A DNA stretch of 64,000 bases, taken from positions 64,001-128,000 of the IMG/VR virus record IMGVR_UViG_3300005573_000055; one strand, 5' to 3'. Below the pieces are notes generated by a model. It was not told the DNA's origin. It saw only the letters and a program-made list of their open reading frames with translations, and ran no database searches. Below are positions 46,746 to 55,233 of this stretch, piece after piece (positions within the stretch are counted from its first letter, which is position 1; each line of letters opens with the position of its first letter). A program made the position numbers and the translations under genes. Source of the DNA: a virus.

Positions 46746-46906
46746 ACACCCCGTGGGCTCGAACTGGCTTTGCCTTGCTGCTTGGATTTTGCTGGCTGAA
46801 TTTTTACTTTTCCAAATTTTGAGTTCTTCCCTATAGGCGCTCTGTTGCTTGTGTGCTTCTTTTTCTTTAGATTTGCGCATTTAAGTAAAATCTCTTTGGT
46901 GAGACA

Positions 46907-47782
46907 ATGGACTTAGGCTTGTGGACTGTGGTTATTAAGTTTATTTCAGTGCTTAAGCTTCTGTCGGCGTATATTTTGAATGCCTGCGAAGATAAAAGGT
47001 ACGTTAGGTTTCTTGTGTGGGAGGCTGTTATTGATACTTCTTTGATAGTGGGTTTTTTCTTGTTGGAGCATTTTCACTTTAGGTGGGAGCCTTCGACTGG
47101 AAGGTTATTGATGTTTGTGATGAATGCTTGGCTGTTGTTTTTGTTGGATGGATTTGCTTTGTGGGTGATTGTTTTGAGTTTGATAGTTGGAACTTTGTTG
47201 ATTTTGTTTGTGGGTGGGTATTTGTCTTTGATCTTGTGGTGTTTGATCTTGATGTGGTATTTTTGGGCAAAGGAGAGAAGGGATTTTGTTTCTGCGGCAA
47301 TTGGGAGTGTTTATGCTGTGAATTTGATTAGGCTTTTGTGGTATGCTTTAAATCTTGACTGGAAGATGGTGGCTTATACTTTCGATTTGGTGTGGCAGTA
47401 TGGGGTTTATGTTGGTATTATATTCCATTGCGCAAGAAAACATCAGTCTGCCAAAAAGGAAAATTCTCTCCAGCGGCCAAAAACTGCTGAGATTATCTAC
47501 CCTCCTTGGATTGAAGAGCTAAGTGAGCGTGAGCTTGAAGTCCTCTGCTGGCTTTCTGCGGGGCTTAAGAGTGAAGAAATTGCTGAGTGTATGTATATTT
47601 CTAAAAGAACAGTGGATTACTATCGCTCTGAGCTTAAGAGGAAGCTAAAGTGTAACAGTGTTGCTGAGTTGATTAGGCTTACCGTGGAAAATAGGGATGT
47701 TTTGCTTCGTAGGTTAAATAAGATTGATTCTTCTGGCTCTAAGAATGGTATAAGTAACGGTATTGGTAAAACTACTAGGTAG
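46907..47782 (+). CDS. Membrane-anchored LuxR-family regulator
   Basis: Several N-terminal TM segments; LSERELEVLCWLSAGLKSEEIAECMYISKRTVDYYRSELKRKL. Confidence 0.88.
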   Translation: MDLGLWTVVIKFISVLKLLSAYILNACEDKRYVRFLVWEAVIDTSLIVGFFLLEHFHFRWEPSTGRLLMFVMNAWLLFLLDGFALWVIVLSLIVGTLLILFVGGYLSLILWCLILMWYFWAKERRDFVSAAIGSVYAVNLIRLLWYALNLDWKMVAYTFDLVWQYGVYVGIIFHCARKHQSAKKENSLQRPKTAEIIYPPWIEELSERELEVLCWLSAGLKSEEIAECMYISKRTVDYYRSELKRKLKCNSVAELIRLTVENRDVLLRRLNKIDSSGSKNGISNGIGKTTR

Positions 47783-47887
47783 AATTATCAATTAATTTTA
47801 GAACAATTTACATTGTGTTTTGGAATAATTGCCAAAGAGGTATGTATTATATTTGCCCCGCCAAAAAAACAAAATTGGAGGTCAGCA

Positions 47888-48487
47888 TTGGTTGGTGATG
47901 TGATTCTTAGTCTAATCTACAAGCGAGGGCTTACTGTTAAAGAGTTTTCCAGGCAAACTGGAATTGCTCGTTCTTCTATCCACAGATACATCAAGGGCAC
48001 TGTTACTCCGGGGTTAAAGCAAATTCTTACGATGTCAAGAGTGTTGAATGTATCTCCTGAAGTGTTCTTCCAGAAGGAGACGCCGCCACAGGAGTCTGTT
48101 GGTTGCCGGGACTGCTTGCTTATGAGACGTTATGAGTTTTTGAAGAGTGGGGTTCTTTTTGGTGTGTTTTCTGATAAGCAGTCTAAGTTTGAGGTGCATA
48201 CTTATCAGGCAAGTAAGGATTGTGAGATTAATCTTGAAAAGATTGCAAAGTCGTTTCAGGGTTTTCTAATGGCAGATAAGGAGCTTGTTGGTTTCGGCGG
48301 CCAGAGTGTTGATGCTGGCAAGATATATAAATTTACGCCAGCGAAAGTTGCTGTTGTTCCTAAGGACAGCAGAGTTACTTTTTATGTTGACAATTGCAAC
48401 TGTATAAGTTTTGCAAAAATTTTATCTGAGAATTTGTCTGATGTCGATACTTTTAGTAAAATTGTGGTGAAGAATTTACATTTTTAG
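47888..48487 (+). CDS. XRE-family HTH transcriptional regulator
   Basis: RGLTVKEFSRQTGIARSSIHRYIKGTVTPGLKQILTMSRVLNVSPEVFF; TTG start after GGAGG (start uncertain). Confidence 0.8.
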   Translation: MVGDVILSLIYKRGLTVKEFSRQTGIARSSIHRYIKGTVTPGLKQILTMSRVLNVSPEVFFQKETPPQESVGCRDCLLMRRYEFLKSGVLFGVFSDKQSKFEVHTYQASKDCEINLEKIAKSFQGFLMADKELVGFGGQSVDAGKIYKFTPAKVAVVPKDSRVTFYVDNCNCISFAKILSENLSDVDTFSKIVVKNLHF

Positions 48488-48523
48488 GCGCTCATACATA
48501 CCCCCAAAAAAATGAGTCCTAAG

Positions 48524-48568
48524 TATCCGCATCTCGTGTCATTTGGCACATTTGCGGATATTTTTTTT
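48524..48568 (+). terminator. Intrinsic terminator
   Basis: TATCCGCA...TGCGGATA stem followed by T8. Confidence 0.7.
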
Positions 48569-48646
48569 GTCATTTCTGATAAATAATTCTTGATTAGGCA
48601 TTTCTGGAGAAGTAAATATGCATATGTAAATTCTAAAGAGGTTTGT

Positions 48647-48907
48647 ATGTATCTAACAGATGACTTGCTTAAGTTCTTTAAGTCGCTTAAAGGTTCGTTC
48701 TTGGAGGCAATGTTGAGTTTGTATGAGTTTAGGAATTCTGAAGGTGTTGATCCACTTTCGTGTCCTTATTTCAAGAAAGCTGAAAGGCTTGCTTATGAGG
48801 AAGGTGAGATTGATAGGCTTATAAGTGGAATGAAGTATATCATTAAAAAGTATGAGCAGCACAATGGACAACAACAAGACCAGTCTTCCAGCAGTCAGGC
48901 AGAGTGA
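48647..48907 (+). CDS. Hypothetical protein
   Basis: GAGG RBS before MYLTDD. Confidence 0.5.
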   Translation: MYLTDDLLKFFKSLKGSFLEAMLSLYEFRNSEGVDPLSCPYFKKAERLAYEEGEIDRLISGMKYIIKKYEQHNGQQQDQSSSSQAE

Positions 48908-49598
48908 AGATAAGATCTTCGATAAGCTTTCTTCGCTGCGTAACAGGTATAACATAACTCTTACGCCGGAGGAGGTTTCTTCGCTTAAAGATTACTACGC
49001 GCAGAAGTCAATTGGCATTAATGCTAATGTTGCCATTATCTGCAAAGGTGAGGATTGTCCTTTCAAAGAGGGATGCTGGTTTTGGGAAAATAAAAAGCTT
49101 CCTTTAGGAAAGCAGTGTCCTATTGAAACTGAATTGATTATCTATCACACTACTAAACTCATTGAAGAGTTTAATGTCAATGAGAATAATCATTCTGAGC
49201 TTATGCTTATTCAAGAGTTAGTTGAGTTGCTGATTTACGAGATGAGGCTTTCCTACATCCTTTCGCATCCTGAACATGCAATGCTTTTTAGTTCTAAGCC
49301 GATATTCTCTGCTTTGGGCGATGTAGAGTATGAAGAAGATGTTCATTGGGCGATGAAGCTTAAAGAGAAAATTAAGAACAGAAAGATGAAGATTCTTGAG
49401 TCTTTAAATGCTACCAGGAAAGAAAAGTGGAAAGTTGAGCGTGATATGTTGAAGGCCTTGAAGAATAAGGAGACCAGTACAGATGGGAGTTACAGTGGGC
49501 TTGTCATTAAACTCAAAAAGTTGATGAACGATATCAAGAAGTTTGAGGAACATATGCCTGAAGAGGCTATCTTTGAAGAAATTAGAAAGTCAGATTGA
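48864..49598 (+). CDS. Cys-motif helical protein (possible terminase small subunit)
   Basis: CKGEDCPFKEGC...CPIE; C-terminal coiled LESLNATRKEK; upstream of packaging genes. Confidence 0.5.
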   Translation: MDNNKTSLPAVRQSEDKIFDKLSSLRNRYNITLTPEEVSSLKDYYAQKSIGINANVAIICKGEDCPFKEGCWFWENKKLPLGKQCPIETELIIYHTTKLIEEFNVNENNHSELMLIQELVELLIYEMRLSYILSHPEHAMLFSSKPIFSALGDVEYEEDVHWAMKLKEKIKNRKMKILESLNATRKEKWKVERDMLKALKNKETSTDGSYSGLVIKLKKLMNDIKKFEEHMPEEAIFEEIRKSD

Positions 49599-49640
49599 TC
49601 GCTAAATAAAATTAAATAAAACTAACTGAGGAGATCCCCA

Positions 49641-49979
49641 ATGAAAAAGCAACAAGAGAAAAACAGTCTAAGCCTTCAAGTTAAGCTGAATATTGAAGTC
49701 TTGACAGATAAACAGCCGTTTGATATCCAGAAGTTCTTGATCGATAAGCTTTCTGAGATATATAAGAAGCTTGGTGATAGTGGAGAACTTAAAAATTTTG
49801 ATGTTGAAGTTTCTTTAAATGACAAACAGGGTTCGTCTATTACGATTACATATCCAACAATAATATATCCAAGTTATCCAAATTATCCTTACATAACTTA
49901 TTCACCTAATACATCTACAGGTGTCCTGTATTGTGATACAACTTCAAACAGTGGAGATACAAATGATAAACCATATTAA
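49641..49979 (+). CDS. Hypothetical protein
   Basis: GAGGAG RBS; Y/P/T-rich tail. Confidence 0.55.
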   Translation: MKKQQEKNSLSLQVKLNIEVLTDKQPFDIQKFLIDKLSEIYKKLGDSGELKNFDVEVSLNDKQGSSITITYPTIIYPSYPNYPYITYSPNTSTGVLYCDTTSNSGDTNDKPY

Positions 49980-49997
49980 ACCATATTGAGGGCTAAT

Positions 49998-50306
49998 ATG
50001 ACTCGCATTCAAATTCCAAAGGAATATTATCTTGAAAATCCTGCCTACTATAGCGACAGTGTATTTAAGAATTTCTTCAAGGCTGTTGGGTCTTTAAGGC
50101 ATTTCGGCGGAAAGGTAAAACGTAATGCTCCAAAAGATATGTATTTATTCAGTTCTTACTTTAGGACCGAAGAAGAGACAGACATAGCATATAATCTTTT
50201 GATTTATGTGTTTGATAAGTTCTATCCAGATACAGATGAAGTAAGCGTCTCTTCATTTTTGCCGAAGTATATGGATGTTTTATTCGAAGCAGGATTTTTT
50301 GGTTAA
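49998..50306 (+). CDS. Hypothetical protein
   Basis: GAGG RBS before MTRIQ. Confidence 0.55.
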   Translation: MTRIQIPKEYYLENPAYYSDSVFKNFFKAVGSLRHFGGKVKRNAPKDMYLFSSYFRTEEETDIAYNLLIYVFDKFYPDTDEVSVSSFLPKYMDVLFEAGFFG

Positions 50307-50334
50307 TGTTTTGGTTAACATTGCTGGTTAGCTA

Positions 50335-53184
50335 ATGTATTCAGGCAGCTTTAGAACAGTATTTGATCTATTAAAGCAAGGCAAAGGCTTTGTCTTCGAC
50401 GTAGAAACGCTTGGTTTTAGAGCCGACCAACCGCTCTATTCTGCAAGCTTTGTTTCCTGGATGGAGCCTCAGCCAAAGACTTTCTACGTTGAGCATAGCC
50501 CTGAAGTTCTTGAGCGTGCCTCTGCAATGGGCCGCGCTGGATATACTGCTTTAGATTGGACTAAGTTAAGTAAAAGCAGTTATGCAGATATCGGCAAAGA
50601 GCTGACACGTAGGCTCAATAAAAGCCGCTTTATTGTAGGCCACAACATTGCATTTGACTTCTCTGTCCTTGCTGAGGCTCTACCTAAGGAACAGTTTTAT
50701 GCTATCCAAAAGGCCCTCCAAAGTATATCAGACCCAGAGCTAAAAGCCCAAATCCGCCAAGCTAAAGCTCAGTATGGCGCTATACCTAAAGAACTTCAGG
50801 ATATAAAGCGATATAAATACCTAAAAATTCACTACCCCGCCGCCTATATTAATGCCCCCTTCCGCCACCAAGACACCTTCGGCCATGTCAAGCCAAAAGC
50901 TTACATGGCCTATAGTAGATATTTAAACTATATTCAAGAATCTCAGCAAGCATTTGGAAGGTCTGTTATTGATACGCTTTTGCTGTCAAGAATTGCAGCT
51001 GGATTTGGTAAAGAGCTTGGACTTTTAGAGACAAAGCTGCCCGATGCTCTTATAGGACTTGGTTCTACACTTGAAGGTATAGCTACAGCTATAGGTATAG
51101 ACACAAAATCAGCTCACACAGAAGCTGACGTTCTTTACAACAAGAAAGTAGCTGAATTTTTATTATCTGGCGACATCGACAAACTTGCTGAGGCATCAAG
51201 AAAAGGGCTTGGTAAAAAGCTTGCTGCAATAGCTGATCGCTCGCAACGATTTACTGCACTCGGTCTTAAAGGTGAAACCGAAAGTCTGTTTCGCTACTTA
51301 GAGAAAGTAGGTAGCAGCAAAACAGTGATGAAGCATATCATCACTTCGAGATTAAGTGAAGTTGCGCGCGAGATGTATTTCCGCGGCGGCTATCCAATTA
51401 GAACTATTGCAGGCCGTAGATCGGTTATCGAGAAGAATATTAATATTATTCTTGGAAGATTTCTTAAAACATATCACCCGCTGCTTGAAAATATTGCCGA
51501 AGAAAAGCTTTCCCGTAGAGAGGCTCTTATAGCTCTTAGGGAAACTTATGAACGTATATATAATACCATTCAGTTAAAACATCTTGCTTCAAGAGGCGCT
51601 AAAGATTACAAATACTTTGAAGAACGTGCTTACCAGCGTGAAAAAGCTTTTAGACGATATCAACGCATACTTGCAAATAAAGCTCGTTCAGAGCGGTTGG
51701 CAGTTCACCCCGAAGAGATTACCAGTATTCTTAAATCTGGTACCCCTCGTTCTTTGCTTATTGGTGCAGGAGTTCTGCTTGGCCTTAGTCTTCTTGGCAC
51801 TACATATTCTTTGATGAAAGAACGAACAACTGAAGACAACCCAACACGTATAGAAGGTTTACATCCAGGTGATGGTGTCAATAAAGAAATAATAGATGCC
51901 TATACTGACTTTGGAAGCCCGCTTAAGATGCCAGGTGGTATCAGTAAAGCATTTGGTTTTGTAGGACGTGTCATTGGAGATACTCTTACTAATGTAGCTG
52001 AGCATAGCCGCTATGCAGCAGCTGGATTTGCTCTTGGTATTTATACGGGATATAATAGCAAACATAAATCAGATACAACAAGCCTGCTTACCAGTGTTGC
52101 TATTGACTTGACGGATGATATACTGCTTGCAGTCGGAGGAAGTGCTTTAGGTGAAAAACTTGCATGGATGCATCCATTAGGTGCTGGTATGTTTGGTTTC
52201 GGACTTGGTAAATTGCTTGGTGCACGTATATCAGGAAAGGATGATGATTATAATACAATAGAAGGATTACGGCATGGCGGTGTTGCAGAAGCTATGAGAA
52301 AACGCTTTACAGATTTTGGTTCTGGATACAAAGGACCCAATCCACAGCTTTCTCCATCTTACAATGAAGCAGAAGATGTTCCTCGATATGAGATAATGAG
52401 AGCAAGTAAGATTGGTCTTTCGGAAGAAGAATTATATGAATGGGCAATTAAACCAACAAAAGAGCCGAGTGAGTATGTAGCTGCATCTGCTTCAGCTGGA
52501 ACTGCTTTACACCAGTATATGCAGGCCATTGGATATCAGCAGAATCCTTTCTACAAACATGAAATTCTTGTTGTAAATAGACAGCATGGTATAACAGGCC
52601 ATATTGACGAACTTACAGCTATGGGCATTGGTGATATTAAAACTGTAAACAGCGGTATATTCAATGCCATAGCTAAAGAAGGTAGACCAAAACCATCTCA
52701 TTATGCACAAGTTCAATTTTACATGGGTACAACTGGTGTAGAGCATGGATATATTAAATATGTAGATAGAGACAATCCGCTTAGACAAAAAGTCTACCAG
52801 TTTGATTTTGATCCGATATATTATGAAAATCTGTTAGCTAAAGTCGAACGTGTGCGTGCTCGTGTTCTTGAGGATATTGCAACTGGAAGACTTGACGAAG
52901 ATAAACTTCCAAAGACTGCATCTATAGAGCGTCTTGAGAAAGATGCTTTAGAGATATCTATAGTTGAAACGCCAGAATATATGGCAATGACTTTAGATGA
53001 GAGGCGAAGGATATTCAAAGAAGAGATGGATTATTTACGTTCTGTTAAGCGTGGAATGCCATCATCAGGGCCTGGGGCTGAAAGAATTCAAAAACGTAAT
53101 CAAGAAAAAAGACATTACCTTGTAAGCACACAGGGTATAGGTCTGCAAACCTGGTATAATAGAAGCAAACATCATGTAATGTAA
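50335..53184 (+). CDS. Large protein: DEDD exonuclease-like N-domain, glycine-rich TM-like middle, Cas4/RecB-like PD-(D/E)xK C-domain
   Basis: FDVETLG, GHNIAFD, IDTL, AHTEAD; GTALH...TGHID...GDIKT...HYAQVQFYM; IEGL..G...TDFGS occurs twice. Confidence 0.7.
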   Translation: MYSGSFRTVFDLLKQGKGFVFDVETLGFRADQPLYSASFVSWMEPQPKTFYVEHSPEVLERASAMGRAGYTALDWTKLSKSSYADIGKELTRRLNKSRFIVGHNIAFDFSVLAEALPKEQFYAIQKALQSISDPELKAQIRQAKAQYGAIPKELQDIKRYKYLKIHYPAAYINAPFRHQDTFGHVKPKAYMAYSRYLNYIQESQQAFGRSVIDTLLLSRIAAGFGKELGLLETKLPDALIGLGSTLEGIATAIGIDTKSAHTEADVLYNKKVAEFLLSGDIDKLAEASRKGLGKKLAAIADRSQRFTALGLKGETESLFRYLEKVGSSKTVMKHIITSRLSEVAREMYFRGGYPIRTIAGRRSVIEKNINIILGRFLKTYHPLLENIAEEKLSRREALIALRETYERIYNTIQLKHLASRGAKDYKYFEERAYQREKAFRRYQRILANKARSERLAVHPEEITSILKSGTPRSLLIGAGVLLGLSLLGTTYSLMKERTTEDNPTRIEGLHPGDGVNKEIIDAYTDFGSPLKMPGGISKAFGFVGRVIGDTLTNVAEHSRYAAAGFALGIYTGYNSKHKSDTTSLLTSVAIDLTDDILLAVGGSALGEKLAWMHPLGAGMFGFGLGKLLGARISGKDDDYNTIEGLRHGGVAEAMRKRFTDFGSGYKGPNPQLSPSYNEAEDVPRYEIMRASKIGLSEEELYEWAIKPTKEPSEYVAASASAGTALHQYMQAIGYQQNPFYKHEILVVNRQHGITGHIDELTAMGIGDIKTVNSGIFNAIAKEGRPKPSHYAQVQFYMGTTGVEHGYIKYVDRDNPLRQKVYQFDFDPIYYENLLAKVERVRARVLEDIATGRLDEDKLPKTASIERLEKDALEISIVETPEYMAMTLDERRRIFKEEMDYLRSVKRGMPSSGPGAERIQKRNQEKRHYLVSTQGIGLQTWYNRSKHHVM

Positions 53185-53206
53185 TAAAATCAATTAAGGA
53201 GGCTTT

Positions 53207-53764
53207 ATGGCACTTGGAACAATTGCTCGAGTACTTGGCGGCGCATTTGCAGGCGCTGCGGTTGGCGGTACTTATGGAGTTGCAACAGATAAAGACACAG
53301 GTAAAACTGCTGCTATGGGTGCCTTACTTGGCGGCGTTTTAGGGTATGCAGCACTTGGAAGATCAGGAACTTTAGCAGAAAATATAACAAGAGCTGGACA
53401 AAGAGTTGGAAGCATCGCTGGCAAAATTGCAAAAACATCGGCATATCAAAATACGATTGACTTTGTTAAAAGTTTCAACAGAGGAACATATGTTACCTTA
53501 AGGAGAATGTTCCCAAATACTCTTGGTAAAAATCCGTTGCTTGGTAGAATTTATGCCAGTGCGATTACAGGTGCTTTAGTTGGTGGGACAATGGGTGCTG
53601 CGCAAGGTGCTGTTTCAAGAAAGAGAACCATGTTCGGTGGATTTGTGCGTGGTGCTCTTTTAGGAGGATTTATGGGTGCTGGACTTGGTTTTAGACGTAG
53701 ATTTGTTAAACCTATTAATCCTATAAAGAATGCCGCTAGAATACCTAATCCTTTTACAAGATAA
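53207..53764 (+). CDS. Glycine-zipper protein (possible virion/ejection protein)
   Basis: GGAFAGAAVGG, GALLGGVLG, GALVGGTMG repeats; AAGGAGG RBS. Confidence 0.65.
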   Translation: MALGTIARVLGGAFAGAAVGGTYGVATDKDTGKTAAMGALLGGVLGYAALGRSGTLAENITRAGQRVGSIAGKIAKTSAYQNTIDFVKSFNRGTYVTLRRMFPNTLGKNPLLGRIYASAITGALVGGTMGAAQGAVSRKRTMFGGFVRGALLGGFMGAGLGFRRRFVKPINPIKNAARIPNPFTR

Positions 53765-53796
53765 TTAATCGCTTAAGCACAATTTGGTAAAAGCCT

Positions 53797-54720
53797 ATGT
53801 TACCAGAAAAACAAAATCTTGACGATGCAAATGACCTCTCTATGATTGGCCCTGATATAGGGCCTGTCATGGCACTTATGGGGTTGACTGTTGCTGCAAG
53901 TGCACTTATCCCTGCGGCCGTCCGCTCTACACATAAATATGCTCGTTTTCTTTCTAGATATGCAGAAAATCCTCGCATTAAGCAGTATGCATCAAGAGTT
54001 TCGTCCTATTTAGGTAATGTCGATAAGCGCATCAAAGGTAAATACCGCGGTGGTTTTATAGGCTCCCTATTTGGTGCAGATACTGCACGAAAAGGACCGC
54101 TTGAAGGCTGGCGTGGTAAATTTATGAAAAATCTTGGTGTTGAAAATGCAGTGCTCTCTGGGCCATTTATGCAGGATTTAAGATCATTTGCGCCTTTAAT
54201 GACAACACATGCCAATGGTTTTACAGCTGGTGCATGGAATAAAGCTCTAAGAAAGATGTTTGGCAGCAATAAAATTATCAACAAAGGCGAAATGATGTAT
54301 ACTGTTGGTGCAATGCCTATTTTCTCTATGTTTGGAATTCAACAGGCTGCCAAAGAATATGGTCTTGGCGGAGCTATTATGGCCGGTATAGCAGAGCCTC
54401 TAACCTTTGCCTCTTACAGACTTGGAGAAGCTGCTGGCTCTGCGCTTGGGTATGGCCTTGGTGGAGCACTTGGAAGTCGTATTGCAGGCGTTGGACTGGG
54501 TGCAGTATCGGCACTTCTGCCAATGGCTATATTCTCTACACTTGGCAGAATGAGCAGTCTTGGAAGAAAGTGGTCAACACCTGACTTCGGCGGAAATGTC
54601 CAAGATAATTCTTATTCATATACTATGCGTCAAAGAAGCCTTAATGCTATAAGAACGTCTATGTTTAACATACGTGCAGAACTTGGCAATGAAGCTATCA
54701 GGCTTGCTGGTCTTTCCTGA
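53797..54720 (+). CDS. Glycine-rich hydrophobic protein (possible virion/ejection protein)
   Basis: GxxxG-rich C-terminal half; TMRQRSLNAI tail. Confidence 0.6.
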   Translation: MLPEKQNLDDANDLSMIGPDIGPVMALMGLTVAASALIPAAVRSTHKYARFLSRYAENPRIKQYASRVSSYLGNVDKRIKGKYRGGFIGSLFGADTARKGPLEGWRGKFMKNLGVENAVLSGPFMQDLRSFAPLMTTHANGFTAGAWNKALRKMFGSNKIINKGEMMYTVGAMPIFSMFGIQQAAKEYGLGGAIMAGIAEPLTFASYRLGEAAGSALGYGLGGALGSRIAGVGLGAVSALLPMAIFSTLGRMSSLGRKWSTPDFGGNVQDNSYSYTMRQRSLNAIRTSMFNIRAELGNEAIRLAGLS

Positions 54721-54759
54721 TGTTCTTTGAAATTGCTGCAACTAATTCTAGAGGTTTTA

Positions 54760-55233
54760 ATGTCAAAGAAAAAACATTCCTATAAGTATAATGATCCAAA
54801 GTATAAACTTTGGCGTGAAAAGGTATTTAGACGCGATAGATATATGTGCCAATTATGTGGATCTAAAGGAGGACTGAATGCTCATCACATTAAACGCAAA
54901 GCAGATTATCCTAATTTAGCATATACAGTTAAAAATGGTATCACACTTTGCACAACCTGTCATGAAATTATAACTGGCTATGAGGAACATTTTGAGGAAC
55001 TTTTTGACGCTGTCGTGATAAAGCATGTAACATTTGATTTGCTGTATATATTTTGGAGCGGCATTATTGAAAAACTGCCGAATATTGTTGAAACATTTAA
55101 GGCAAAGAACAAATGGATGAACATATTCTACTTCCTTGGTAGTAAAGTTAAGACTTCCAAGAAGGAACACAAATCAGATAGAAAATATGCACAGAAGAAT
55201 ATGCACCTTGAAAACATATCAGCAAAGCTATGA
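54760..55233 (+). CDS. HNH endonuclease (terminase-associated)
   Basis: WREKVFRRDRYMCQLCG...LNAHHI...NGITLCTTCH. Confidence 0.9.
   Translation: MSKKKHSYKYNDPKYKLWREKVFRRDRYMCQLCGSKGGLNAHHIKRKADYPNLAYTVKNGITLCTTCHEIITGYEEHFEELFDAVVIKHVTFDLLYIFWSGIIEKLPNIVETFKAKNKWMNIFYFLGSKVKTSKKEHKSDRKYAQKNMHLENISAKL

Noticed and set aside
46750-46772. Fourth tRNA-like element (GCCAGTTCGAGCCC on minus strand)
   Set aside because: T-loop-like sequence, but the flanks do not pair and no acceptor stem is evident
46342-46880. ORFs of 83-144 aa on both strands
   Set aside because: Low-complexity products of the polypyrimidine tract, which is poor in stop codons
52400-52900. Stand-alone CRISPR Cas4
   Set aside because: Domain is fused within a 949-aa protein, lacks the Fe-S cysteines and has no cas context
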